Below, piece after piece: positions 36,428 through 47,965 of a stretch of DNA of 64,000 bases. The stretch is from positions 3,040,001 to 3,104,000 of the forward strand of contig CM075996.1 of the NCBI GenBank assembly GCA_038087875.1, written 5' to 3'. Under the pieces are notes generated by a model, which ran no database searches, was not told the DNA's origin, and saw nothing but the letters and a program-made list of their open reading frames with translations. Source of the DNA: Malacoraja senta. Lineage: Eukaryota. Made by a program: the position numbers and the translations under genes. How positions within the stretch are numbered: position 1 is the stretch's first letter; the number at the start of each line of letters is the position of its first letter.

Positions 36428-37194
36428 GTAAGTGAGAAATGTGACTCCACTGTTCGTTAGCCGAAGACACTCTCCCTCTCCTCCTGTGTTAGACTATAGA
36501 GCTCCTAGAGTCATGGGCGACACGGTGGTGCAGCGGTAGAGTTGCACTAGAGGCCCAGGTTCGATCCTGACCACGACTGCTGTCTGTACGGAGTTTGTAC
36601 GTTCTCCCAGTGACCTGCGTGGCTTTTCTCCGGGAGCTCCAGTTTCCTCCCACACTCCAAAGACGTGCAGGTTTGTGGGTTAATTGGCCTCCAGTGCTTA
36701 GGATATAACTAGTGTACGGGTGATCATTGGTCGGCCTGGACTCGGTGGGCTGAAGGGCCTGTTTCCATGCTGTATCCCTAAACTAAACCAAGCTGAACCA
36801 AACTAAACTAGACCCATGTTCAATCCTGACCTCGGGCGCCATCTATGTGGAGTTTGCACGTTCACCCCGTGACCGCGAGGGTTTCCTCCGGGTGCCCCGG
36901 TCTCCCCCCGCATCCCAAAGACGTGCGTGTTTGTAGCTTAATTGGCCCTCTGTAAAATGCTGCTGGTGTGCAGGGAGTGGGTGGCGAAATGGGATAACAT
37001 TATCACCCGGAGAAAACCCACACAGATCGTGGGGGAGAACGTACAAACTCCGTACAGACAAGCACCCGTAGTCGGGATCGAACTCGGGTCTCCGGTGCTG
37101 TGGGGCAGAAACTCTACCGCTGCGCCACCGTGCCGCACAATTTGCTGTGCGTATCGGCGGTGGCGGGTGGGTGCTGGGCCAAGTAGTGTCATTT

Positions 37195-37575
37195 AAAAAA
37201 AATATACAAATACTTTTATTCAGAAAATAAAAACAAGCATACAGTGTATTAACACGATCAAAGGCTGCCTATATTGAGTTTACAAACAAACGATCATCAA
37301 ATTTATATATCGCCAACTTTATCAATAAAACACTCGACCTCCCCTGGCGACCAGCGTCGACGGAAGGCCTCCAAAGTCCCCGTGGACACCGCGTGTTCCC
37401 TCTCCAGGGACACACGCGGGCACGGCCGCAGGCCCGGAAAAGGGGCAGGCAGCCGACCGCTGTGCGGCCGTCGACTACCCGCTGCCTGGACCCGCGAATG
37501 GCCACCTTCCCCAGGCCCAGGAGTAGACGGACAGGGAGACTCCCCTCTCCCCTCTGCCCAAATATCAGGTGAGTA
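37195..37575 (-). mobile_element. Tx1/L1-clade LINE 3' fragment
   Basis: LLLGLGKVAIRGSRQR...CLPLFRA / SLEREHAVSTGTLEAFRRRW, with a frameshift; AATAAA near the end on the minus strand. Confidence 0.7.
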
Positions 37576-38211
37576 GTCCAAAATGCCCAGGTAAACGTTC
37601 GACTTTGGTTAGTATTCTCAGTCGAGAGAAAGCATGCTGACAAAGACGGTGTGAGGTTGCAACTGAAATCTGACCTTTATACCACGCTGCCACGGGAGAA
37701 GTGGAGTGAGTCATTGGTAAAAGAGAGAGCCGTTACAAAATTGAAACCGCAGCAGTTTCAGAAAGGATATATCAGTTTGATGAGCTGGTACGTGAAGCCT
37801 ACTTTCAAAATATTAATAAGTGTATTTCTTTCCTCTTTTTTTATGACTGTTTGGTTTGTGGGTTTTTCAAAGTTGTGCGAAGTCACATCTGTGCATGCCC
37901 GTCGATGTGTGTTTGTGTGTGTGCATGCGTGCGTGTGCATGTACGTGTGCGTGTGTGTCCACGCATGTTTGCTGGTGCAGTGTTTATTTTAGTTTTGTTT
38001 GGAGCTGCAGCGTGGAAACAGGACCTTCAGCCCAACGAGTCCACGCCGGCCATCAAGTACCCCGTTCCATATTGTCCCACTTTCTCATCCGCTCCCTGCA
38101 CACCAGGGGCAATTTACAGAGGGCCAATTAACCTACAAACCCGCATGTACTTTGAGATGTGGGAGGAAACCGGAGCGCCCTGTGTTTGTACGTGTTTGCA
38201 TGTATGCACAT

Positions 38212-41200
38212 CAGGGCTGGCAACATTGGGTGACAGTTGGGGGTGAGAAATTGTAAGAGACCAAACCCGAGGGCGCAGCATCTGAGATCGGGGGGAGGGG
38301 GGGTGTCCCCCCTCCCATTGGTACGGAGCTTTTGCATTTTTCAGCTTGAAATTGTGCAATCTGGGGCATAATGTAGCGAGTCTTTTAACTTACACTTGAA
38401 TGCAATATTTATGCTTTAATTTGGATTAGCTATGAATAAGGTTAGGCTAAATTACATTCCTATTTACATTCCACAGTAGAGCCAGGCTCTGATCAACAGG
38501 TGCAGCACATGAATGATCTTCGTGTATTCATGTATGGAAATCAGATTATAATCAAACACTTGGCCCATGTTGACCAACCCGGGTCTCACTGCACACCTGG
38601 TACTACTCCTGACCCTGACTCCAGTTGCATACCTTCTCTCATTCCTGACCCTGAGTCCAGCCTTACACCTGGCCCCCTATTCTACCCTGGTCATAGTTGC
38701 TTACCTGCTTAGGTTCCCAGTGCTGAACACTCCCATTGTCCCTGCTTTGACTGCACACCTAGTACTATTCCAGACCTTAACTCTGGATGCACACTTGGCC
38801 TTGCTCCCAGCCCCTCTGCACTGACAATATATCTGGTCCACACATAAAGCCCCATATCTGACCCCTGGACTTAACCTATTACGTTCAAGTCCACAGGTGC
38901 TTATCTAATACGGTAATCTTTTATGGGGCACTTCACGGACCAAATTTTGTATAACAAAATTTGCTACATCCATTGGCTACATCATATTTTCTGTGGTATT
39001 CATAACACAAAAATGATTTAAAAAAAGATCTTTGTTTTGATTTCACCCACCAACATGCATTCATTATTATATTACAGTTAATATGTAACGAGGACAAATT
39101 TTGGTTCCAATGCTCCCCATTCCCAATTACTTTTACATTGAAGTGAATGAAACCCAAGTGAAGTTTAAATGGCATCAGAAAAATAAAACCTCCGGAATGG
39201 ATGATATTCATTACGTGGTTGGTTGGAGTCAGTATCAGCACAATTAGTATATTAAACTTTGAATCTTCAGATGTCCTGGTTCAAGCTAAAACTAAAACAT
39301 CGCATCTGATTACACTCCTTGAGGATGTTCATCTACATGTTCAATTAACAAAACAACGAGATTGGGGACATTTCTATTCAACCTGTCAAAGGAATTTGGG
39401 GGGGGGGGGTTTAGAAATAGTCAGTGAGGAATAGTCAATGGGTAAACAAACATAATAGTTGAGTGGCAAATGACAATAGTGCTACCTTCCCAATATTTAA
39501 CTGAAGGAAATAATGGGTTATCGGGGCTGTATGTTGCGACAGACAGCCTGACACCTTGCATGTCATTTTAATATTACACTTACCCCATCCCCCTGGATAT
39601 TCCGGATTAATAAATTAAGGTTTTGTCAACTAATTGCAAATCAGGCTAATTACAAATCAATAACATTAGCCAACTCCGAAACACAAAGCGCTGAGCATTG
39701 GGATCCAGACATCACGGACAACTGGCCTCAGTTCCCCGCTCATATCTGGCTGTGTTCTCCGTCTGAACCAGGGGCCACGGAGCGTTTTTGAATGTGGGGG
39801 GGCTGAGCGATCACTGATCACTCGCCTTGGGGGTACCAGGCGAGGAAGTGGAGCAAGCAAGTGGAGAGAGGGTGTGGGAGGGGGGTGTCCCCCCTCCCAT
39901 GGTAGGGACCTTTTGAAATTTGATGTATTAAAATCATGTGTTAGTGCATTGTAAAAATATGATTTCAATGTTTTTTGTTTGAAGTATTTTTAAGAGGTAA
40001 CTTATAAAGGGTGGTGGGTGTATGGAACAAGCTGCCAGAGGAGGTAGTTGAGGCAGGGACTATCCCAACATTTAAGAAACAGTTAGACTGATAAATGGAT
40101 AGGACAGGTTTGGAGGGATATGGACCAAAAGCATGTAGCGTAGCTGGGACATGTTGGCTGGTGTGGGCAAGTTGGGCCGAAGGGCCTGTTTTCACACTGT
40201 ATCACTCTATGACTACATTATACCTCCACCATGCGTGAATGCTTCAAAATCAAGTGGTCAAGTTTTATTGCCATATACTCAAGCATAGAACCATAGAAAA
40301 TAGGTCAATTAACCAGACCTTCAGTCACCCATTCCTTCCCTCCAGAGATGCTGCCTGACCCGCTGAGTTACTCCGGCACTTTGTGTCTATTGGTTTAAAC
40401 CAGCATCTGCAGTTCCTTCCTACACGAGTACCTATCCAAATGCCGTTTAAATGTCATTGTGGTAATTTCAAGTGTAGAATGAAGACAAGAGTGTGTAGTT
40501 GTTGCGTGCAGCGACATCAGAACAATGACAATCTCAGTTGCTGCACCTTAACAGGCCGGTTAACGCAACAACACACAGATACATGTAAATAGATTGATTT
40601 AGTTTACTATTGCCACCTGTAGCGAGGTACAGGGAAAAGCTTTTGTTGCATGCTATCCGGTAAATGCAAGCAAGCCGCTCACAATGTACAGATAAAGGAG
40701 AACGGGCGCTACATATATAATCAATAACACAATGGATTAATAATCAGTAATATTGGGTAATCATCCCGGCATATCAGCGGAGGGCCAAGTATTAGCATCA
40801 CAATTAATGCCCCACAGCGCCAGAGACCCGGGTTCGATCCTGTCTGTGTGGAGTTTGCACGTTCTCCCTGTGACCACGTGGGTTCCCTCCCGGTGCTCTG
40901 GTTTCCTCTCACATCCCAAAGACGTGCGGGTTTGTAGATTAATTGGCCCTCTGTAAATCGCCCCCTGGTGTGTAGGGAGTGGACGAGAAAGTGGGATAAC
41001 ATAGAACCAATGTGAACGGGTGTTCGATGGTCGGCACAGACTCGAGGGGCCAAAGGGCCTGTCTCCACGCTGTATCTTTGAACTAATTATAATATTGAAC
41101 AAATCAAGACTTACCTATCGGATTTGAACATGAACAATTTTATCCCAAGGTTGCAGAGTATTTGAATGGCATTTACTGCACAATCCCTGAGGTTATTCTT

Positions 41201-42103
41201 TGTAGAATGAAGGGCAAAGTTCATCTCTACAAGTTTCATTTTCTGAAGTTAATTTGTAGTTTATATTTACCATCTTGCCTTAGCTTATTTGTTCTCGTGA
41301 TACATGAATCCAAGACTTACATTTAAAGATGAACAAAATATCAATTTAAAGACAGATTTCAACTAATTTCCCCGATTGAGTATGAATATCGATTTCTTTA
41401 ACATCCCCTCTCTCTCCGTCCCTCCTCCACCCGAGTAGTACTAGCTTCAAAGTCGTCTTGTTGGGTCTCATTGTGTGAGAAGGAACCGCAGATGCTGGTT
41501 TAAACCGAAGATAGACACAAAAAGCTGGAGCAACTCAGCGGGACAGGCAGCGTCTCTGGAGAGAAGGAATGGGTGACGTTTCGGGTCGAGACCCTTCTAA
41601 AGGTTTCGTGTCGAGCACCTTGGAAGAGTCACGACCAGAAACGTCACCCATTCCTTCTCTCCAGAGACGCTGCCTGGTCCATGCCGGTCACCATGGGGGA
41701 ATTCGGCACAGAGACTCTCACGGCAGCGGCGCAACGCTTCCGACACCTCCGACGGCCCGGGACTCTTGCACTGAGGCTGCTCCATGGCCAGAGCTGCAGC
41801 GAGCGACTCGCCAGCCCGGCAAACACTCGCCAGCCCGGCAAACTCTCGCCAAGCCCGGCAAACGCTCGCCAGCCCCGGCTCCTCGTCCGCATCTGTCCCC
41901 GCCGCTGCTTCTGCTTCCGTCCCTCCCTCAGACCACGGCTCTCCAACACCCGTGGCCCATGCAGTTGATATGAGTTTTGAAATTCTCGTTGATCGCAGAA
42001 TTTCTCACGACGGAGCATGAGAAATTTGTGATCAGCATGAGAGCGTGAGAATTTGTCTAAATGCGTGAGTCTCACGCTCGATGCGTGAGAGTTGGCAGCC
42101 CTG
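38212..42103. mobile_element. Possible old DNA transposon with nested insertions
   Basis: Ends cagggctggcaac / gttggcagccctg, both flanked by gcacat. No transposase recognised. Confidence 0.35.
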
Positions 42104-42188
42104 GCACATACATGTGATCAGCATGTATTGGGCTGTATGTGCATTTGTACATGATTGCTTGCTATGTGTATGCATGTATATATGTGCA

Positions 42189-42219
<31 letters not shown>

Positions 42220-42980
42220 CTGTGTGTGTCTCTCTGTGTGTATGTGAGTGTATTTCTGTGCGTGTGTGTTTGTGTGCATGTGTGTCTGTGTCTGAGGATG
42301 AATTTCTTTAGTCAGAGGGTGGGAATTCATTGCTAAGATATTTTTAAAGACAGAAATAGACAGATTCTGGATTAGTACGGGTGTCACGGGTTATGGGGAG
42401 AAGGCAGGAGAATGGGGTTGTGAGGGAGAGATAGATCAGCCACGATTGAATGGCGGAGTAGACTCGATGGGCCGAATGGCCTAATTCGGCTCATATCACC
42501 TATGATACCCTCCCACACTCTGTCCATCACCCCTCTCCCTCTCCCTCCACATGTATACATGCATTTGTGTATGCACATATATACATGCATACACATAGCA
42601 AGCAATGATGTACACATGCACAATACATCTCATGTATGTGCCAGGGCTGCCAACTCTCACGCATTGAGCGCTGAGCATGAGACACGCATTTCGACAAATT
42701 CTCACGCTCTCACGCTGATCACAAATTTCTCATGCTCTGTCGTGAGAAATTCTCCCTCTCCCTCCAACCACCCCTCCCTCCATCACAGACATCACCCGAT
42801 CATAGTCAGGATCGAACCCGGGTCCTTGGAGCTGTAAGGCAGCAATTCTACCGCTGCGACACCGTGCCGATTTGACTGAATCGCATGCAGAACAAAGCTT
42901 TAAACTGTACCTCGTTACCCGTGACAACAATAAACCGAAACTTGAATTCCGTCTCCCCCTCCCCCTTGTTGTTTCTGCAG

Positions 42981-43766
42981 CGGTGGCTGGGGACGCGATT
43001 CCCCGCTTCTTTCAGCAGCACCGAGGATCTGGCCACGGAAATATCTTCGGTGGAGATTTCGGAACTGAAGGACACGCAGTCGTGCGAGCAGAACGTCGCC
43101 TGGGACAGCAGCGGCTTCAGGAGCACCGGCGACTCGTCCACGTCCAGCTTTGCCAACCAGGGATACTTCTTGTTCGACTGCTCCAAGGCCAGCGACGCGT
43201 ACCCTTGCAAGATCTACTTCAGCAACAAGCCGGTCTGCCGGCGGGAGGGGAGCGAGGGGAGCCGGTCCTACCGCTGCCTCACCTCCTCCGACGACTCCCT
43301 CTACGACAGCAGCTTCTCGCCGGACTCTCCCGCGGGGAAGAAGGGGTTCGACTTGGACGGAGAAGACCCAGGGCCCCACGACGCTGGAGAAACCTCAGAG
43401 GAGGAAATAGACGGTCCACCAAGAGAACATGGGGGTCCAGCAGGTCTACCGTACCCTGGTAATCCAGCAAGCCTGGGCAACCCGTCAAAGGAGACCAGTT
43501 GTCCTTTCGAGGGGCTCTTCCAATTCCCAACCCCTTGTTTCTTTGACCCCAACCTCTCATTGGCGGGCATGCAGGATGAAGGTGCCCACAGACTCGCATC
43601 TGACGGCTTAACCTTCGAGAAGGCTCCAACGAACACTCCCTGTTCTCAGGACCTTTTCACTCAGCAAAGCCCTGGTGTTTACCAGTCCCTGAACCTGGCA
43701 GTGGAAGCTGACACGTATCTCTCTCTCAAGCAGGTTCACAGCAAATACAATAGCCAGTCGATATAG
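42981..43766 (+). CDS. IL2RB: IL2RB terminal coding exon (cytoplasmic tail, 261 aa plus stop)
   Basis: Acceptor ttctgcag in phase 0. RWLGTRFP...EISSVEI (Box2), SSFANQGYFLF (Shc-type site), PCKIYF, DTYLSLKQ (STAT5-type site). TAG at 43764-43766. Confidence 0.95.
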   Translation, partial: RWLGTRFPASFSSTEDLATEISSVEISELKDTQSCEQNVAWDSSGFRSTGDSSTSSFANQGYFLFDCSKASDAYPCKIYFSNKPVCRREGSEGSRSYRCLTSSDDSLYDSSFSPDSPAGKKGFDLDGEDPGPHDAGETSEEEIDGPPREHGGPAGLPYPGNPASLGNPSKETSCPFEGLFQFPTPCFFDPNLSLAGMQDEGAHRLASDGLTFEKAPTNTPCSQDLFTQQSPGVYQSLNLAVEADTYLSLKQVHSKYNSQSI

Positions 43767-43967
43767 AGTCATGGAGTGCCGATACAGCGCGGAAACAGGC
43801 CAACATGCCCCGGTTACGCTAGTCCCACCTGCCCGCGTTTGGTCCATATTCCTCCAAACCATCCATGTACCTGTCTAACTGTTTCTTAAATGCTAGGATA
43901 GTCCCTGCCTCAAGTACCTCCTCTGGCAGCTCGTTCCATACACCCACCACCCTCTGTAAGAAAAGGT

Positions 43968-44340
43968 TATAAGATTGTTAAGGGCTTGGACGCGCTAGAG
44001 GCAGGAAACATGTTCCCGATGTTGGGGGAGTCCAGAGCCAGGGGCCACAGTTTAAGAATAAGGAGTAAGCCATTTAGAACGGAGACGAGGAAACACTTTT
44101 TCTCAAAGAGAGTGGTGAGTCTGTGGAATTCTCTGCCTCAGAGGGCAGTGGAGGCAGGTTCTCTGGATGCTTTCAAGAGAGAGCTAGATAGGGCTCTTAA
44201 AAATAGCAGTCAGGGGATATGGGGAGAAGGCAGGAACAGGGTACTGATTGGGGATGATCAGCCATGATCACATTGAATGGCGGTGCTGGCTCGAAGGGCC
44301 AAATGGCCTACTCCTGCACCTATTGTCTATTGTCTATTGT
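43968..44340 (+). mobile_element. CR1 3' fragment nested in an antisense CR1 (about 43765-44600) in the IL2RB 3' UTR
   Basis: ORF2 C-terminus and tail; both flanks read as one minus-strand CR1. Confidence 0.85.
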
Positions 44341-46489
44341 TACTCCTTCAGATTCCTATTAAATCTTTTCCCCTTCACCTTAAACCTATGTCCTCTGGTC
44401 CTCGATTCACCTACTCTGGGCAAGAGACTCTGTGCATCCACCCGATCTATTCCTCTCATGATTTTATACACCTCTATAAGTTCACCCCCTCATCCTCCTG
44501 TGCTCCAAGGGATAACGCCCAGACTGCTCAACCTCTCCCTGTATAGCTCAGAGCCTCTAGTCCTGGCAACATCCTTGTAAGTCTTCACTGCACGCTTTCC
44601 AATGTAGGGAACAAAGGGAAGGACTTGATGCTAATCAAGGGACTGGCTCCTGTGTCGTCTGGTGTGAAGATCTATCCACATAGAAGTTTCACGTTGAGGT
44701 CATCCCCTGCAGGTCTTTGCCTCGGCTTTTGAAATAAGGTCTTTAACACAATCAATCTAAAGAAGGTTCCCGACACAAAACTTCACCCATCCATGTTCTC
44801 CAGAGATGCTACCTGACCCACTGACTTACTCCAGCACCTTGTGTCATTGAGGGTGGTGGAGGCCGGTTCTCTAGATACCTTCAAGTGGGGGCTGGATAGG
44901 GCTCTTGAAGATAGCGGAGTCTGGGGATATGGGGAGAAGGCAGGAACGGGGTACTGATTGGGGATGATCAGCCATGATCACATTGAATGGCGATGCTGGC
45001 TCGAATGGCCTACTCCTGCACCTATTGTCTATTGTTACTCCAGCACTTTGTGTCTGAAGAAGGGTCCCGACCTGAAACGTCATCCACCCATGTTCTCCAG
45101 AGAAGCTGCCTGACCCGCTGAGTTACTCCAGCACCTTGTGTCATCTTTTGATCCACTTCCTTCTGTGTTTCTCAGCTGTTTAGTTTAGTTTAGTTTATAA
45201 TTCTTACGGGTACACGACAAGTGTATGTTGCACCGCGTACTTCACTTTACCCCGGATGGAGAGGGAGAGAGAGAGGGAGAGAAGTAAGACTCCATCAACA
45301 TTAACCGACAGAAGATATATTAAATGTCCTCGGTGAAGAATTTATGCTTCTTCATCGAGTTTGCGAACAGTCTCTTTCTTGCTGCTCTTAAAAAATCGGA
45401 CGGGAAAATTAAAGAGATGCCTCGCTCCTTCCTCCAAGCCAAGGAATTAAGCTGCCGGGTTTGGGGGAGGATGCAGTCGGCCGACGTATAACCCTGGGTG
45501 GATGGATCATCGATCACTGGTTATGGAGGATGAAGCGAATGAACCAATTTTAAATGACATGTGTTGCAACTACCATGGTTTCGGAGCCATGGAGTCAGAC
45601 GTGGCGGAAACTTGCCCATGTTGGCCGAGATGACACACCTAAGCTGGTCCCACCTGCCCATGTTTAGCCCGTAACCCTCGAAGCTTTTCCCGCCCACGTC
45701 GGAGAGGAGGAAACTCCAGCTTGAGGGAGAAAGGTCCCCGTCGAGCCAAAGCTGTCATTAATCGTCAACCATAGGCCAGATCGACCCGGGATTGAATCCC
45801 CGGTAACTAGGGGTCAACCCCTTGACAACGGGTCATGGGGCAAGGGCCAAAGGTCGGCCAGGTCAAGGGAAGATCATCAGGAGATGATCATACAAAGACC
45901 GGTGTAGCTCAAGACTCTACCCTGGTCCAAATGAGAGCCGGTGGTATCAGTAAAGTCCTTGCTACGAAGAAACTTATGGTAGAAAATGTATGCCGATTAT
46001 GCATTAAATGTGTTTGTCCAATACCAAGCGTGAACTTCAGACTGGAGGCATTATAAGATAGACACAAAATGCTGGAGTAACTCAGCGGGACAGGCAGCAA
46101 TGGGTAGCATTTCGGCTCGAGACCTTTCTTCAGACTCTGAAGAATGTCACCCATTCCTTCTCCCCAGAGACGCTGCCCGTCCCGCTGAGTTACTCCAGCA
46201 TTTTGTGTCTATCTTCGGTTTAAACCAGCATCTGCAGTTCCTACGTATTTCGCCTGAAAATACAATGTTGGATTATTTAACACAATATGTAGCACAAAAT
46301 ACTTTTCAAACAAATTGTGTAATTTCTTGTTGTAGTTTAAGTGATTTAAGGCCCAATTGTACTCAATTATAACATGTACCGATGTACAGTGAAATTCTAT
46401 TTTTTTGCTTCCAGTTCAGTAAAGTATCGCTATATGCCCAATCCTCGGTTAGTACAGTGTATAGAAATTGTCCACTGAGACTGTATGCA

Positions 46490-46940
46490 AGATTCAAGAT
46501 TCAAGAGAGTTTATTGTCATGTGTCCCAGATAGGACAATGACATTCTTGCTTTGCTTCAGCACAACAGATTATTGTCGGCATAAATAAATACAGAACAGA
46601 TCAGTGTGTCCATATACCAATGAATATATATATATATACACACATAAATAAGCAGATAAAGTGCAATAAGCTATTAAAGTTCAGATTTTTGTTTGAGTTG
46701 AGTTTAATAGTCTGATGGCTGTGGGGAAGTAGCTATTCCTGAACCTGGATGTTGCAGATATCAGGCTCCTGTACCTTCTACCTGAAAGTAGCGGGGAGAT
46801 GAGTGTGTGGCCGGGATGGTGTGGGTCCTTGATGATGCTGACAGCCTTTTTGAGGCAGCGACTGCGATAGATCCCCTCGATGGTAGGGAGGTCAGAGCCG
46901 ATGATGGACTGGGTAGTGCGTACAACTTTTTGCAGCCAGG
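46490..46940 (-). mobile_element. Rex1/Babar-like LINE 3' fragment
   Basis: Reverse complement is similar to 6540-6963. Confidence 0.75.
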
Positions 46941-46990
46941 TTTATACGTAGTGTTTTCACATTGTACTGTTTGAGGTATAACTGCATTTC

Positions 46991-46996
46991 AATAAA
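46991..46996 (+). terminator. Candidate IL2RB polyadenylation signal (AATAAA), repeated at 47390-47395
   Basis: AATAAA in non-TE-looking sequence; a GT/T-rich tract follows the second copy. No transcript data. Confidence 0.4.
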
Positions 46997-47000
46997 CTTT

Positions 47001-47387
47001 TTTTAAAAAATTTTTTATTTTTATTTTATTAGAAGTAAGTACAATTGTATACAATCATATTTTCATAATACCTTTTATGTACAGCTTCTTATTTAAAAAA
47101 AATTTGAAATAAAGAAGAAAAAGAAAAAAGTTAGATAATGAAAAATAGAAAAATGTGAGATATATAGTGTGTGAAAAAGAAAAATAAAGAATGAAAAAAG
47201 AAAGTTGAGACATAGAAAATAGAAGAAAGAGAATAAAAGAAAAGAAGAGAAGAAAAGAAAATAGAAGGAGATCATTTATAATCTTGACCATCCGCAGTCA
47301 CGGATTAGCTTTTACACCTGTTTTGCACCATACGTTTCCAAAAAGACGACAAATGGAGACCAACTCGTTATGAATTGGTCAAATTTA
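47001..47387 (-). mobile_element. L1-clade LINE 3' end with TSD
   Basis: Minus-strand DKFDQFITSWSPFVVFLETYGAKQV stop; TSD TCAATAAACTTT at 46989-47000 and 47388-47399. Confidence 0.75.
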
Positions 47388-47896
47388 TCAATAAACTTTA
47401 AGCGTTGTGAATTGTGAATCTCTTTTTGTCTTAACCAGTTTTACCTCAGTCTCGGGATCTGTTCTTGGATAAGAGACCTCAAGGACCAGGGTACTAATAG
47501 AGACCGCAATAGATCAGGCTAGCTGGGTCTTAGTTTTAGAGATGCAGCGTGGAAACAGGCCCTTCGGCCCACCGAGTCCGCGCCCACCATCGATCGTCTG
47601 TTCACTAGTTCCGTGTCATCCCAGTTTCAAATCCCACACACACGGGGCAGTTTACAGAAGCCGAGATTAATCTACAAACCTGTGTTGGAAGGGACTGCAG
47701 ATGCTGGTTTACACCGAAGATAGACACAAAATGCTGGAGTAACTCAGCGGGACAGGCAGTATGTTGTTAAAGAAGGAACTGCAGATGATGGAAAATCGAA
47801 GGTACACAAAAATGCTGGAGAAACTCAGCGGGTGCAGCAGCATCTATGGGGACAGGCAGTATCTCTGAGGAAAAGGGAATAGGTGACGTTTCAGAT

Positions 47897-47965
47897 GTGA
47901 TGACTGTATCAGGGCTCCTACCACCTGCGCCCCATGCAGAACTCATGGACTTTATTAACTTCACC
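47897..47965 (+). mobile_element. Tiny Penelope-like RT fragment
   Basis: Degenerate D-D-C-I...CAHAELMDFINFT, resembling the YIDD region of Penelope RTs; next to Penelope-like ends. Confidence 0.45.

Noticed and set aside
42872..43636. Alternative-frame and antisense ORFs over the terminal IL2RB exon
   Set aside because: Expected shadows of a GC-rich coding exon; no recognisable motifs or splice context.
20180..43766. Assignment as IL9R, IL21R or CSF2RB
   Set aside because: A single cytokine-binding module, PDPSKFF, NQGYF, terminal YLSL and the TMPRSS6-like neighbour all favour IL2RB.
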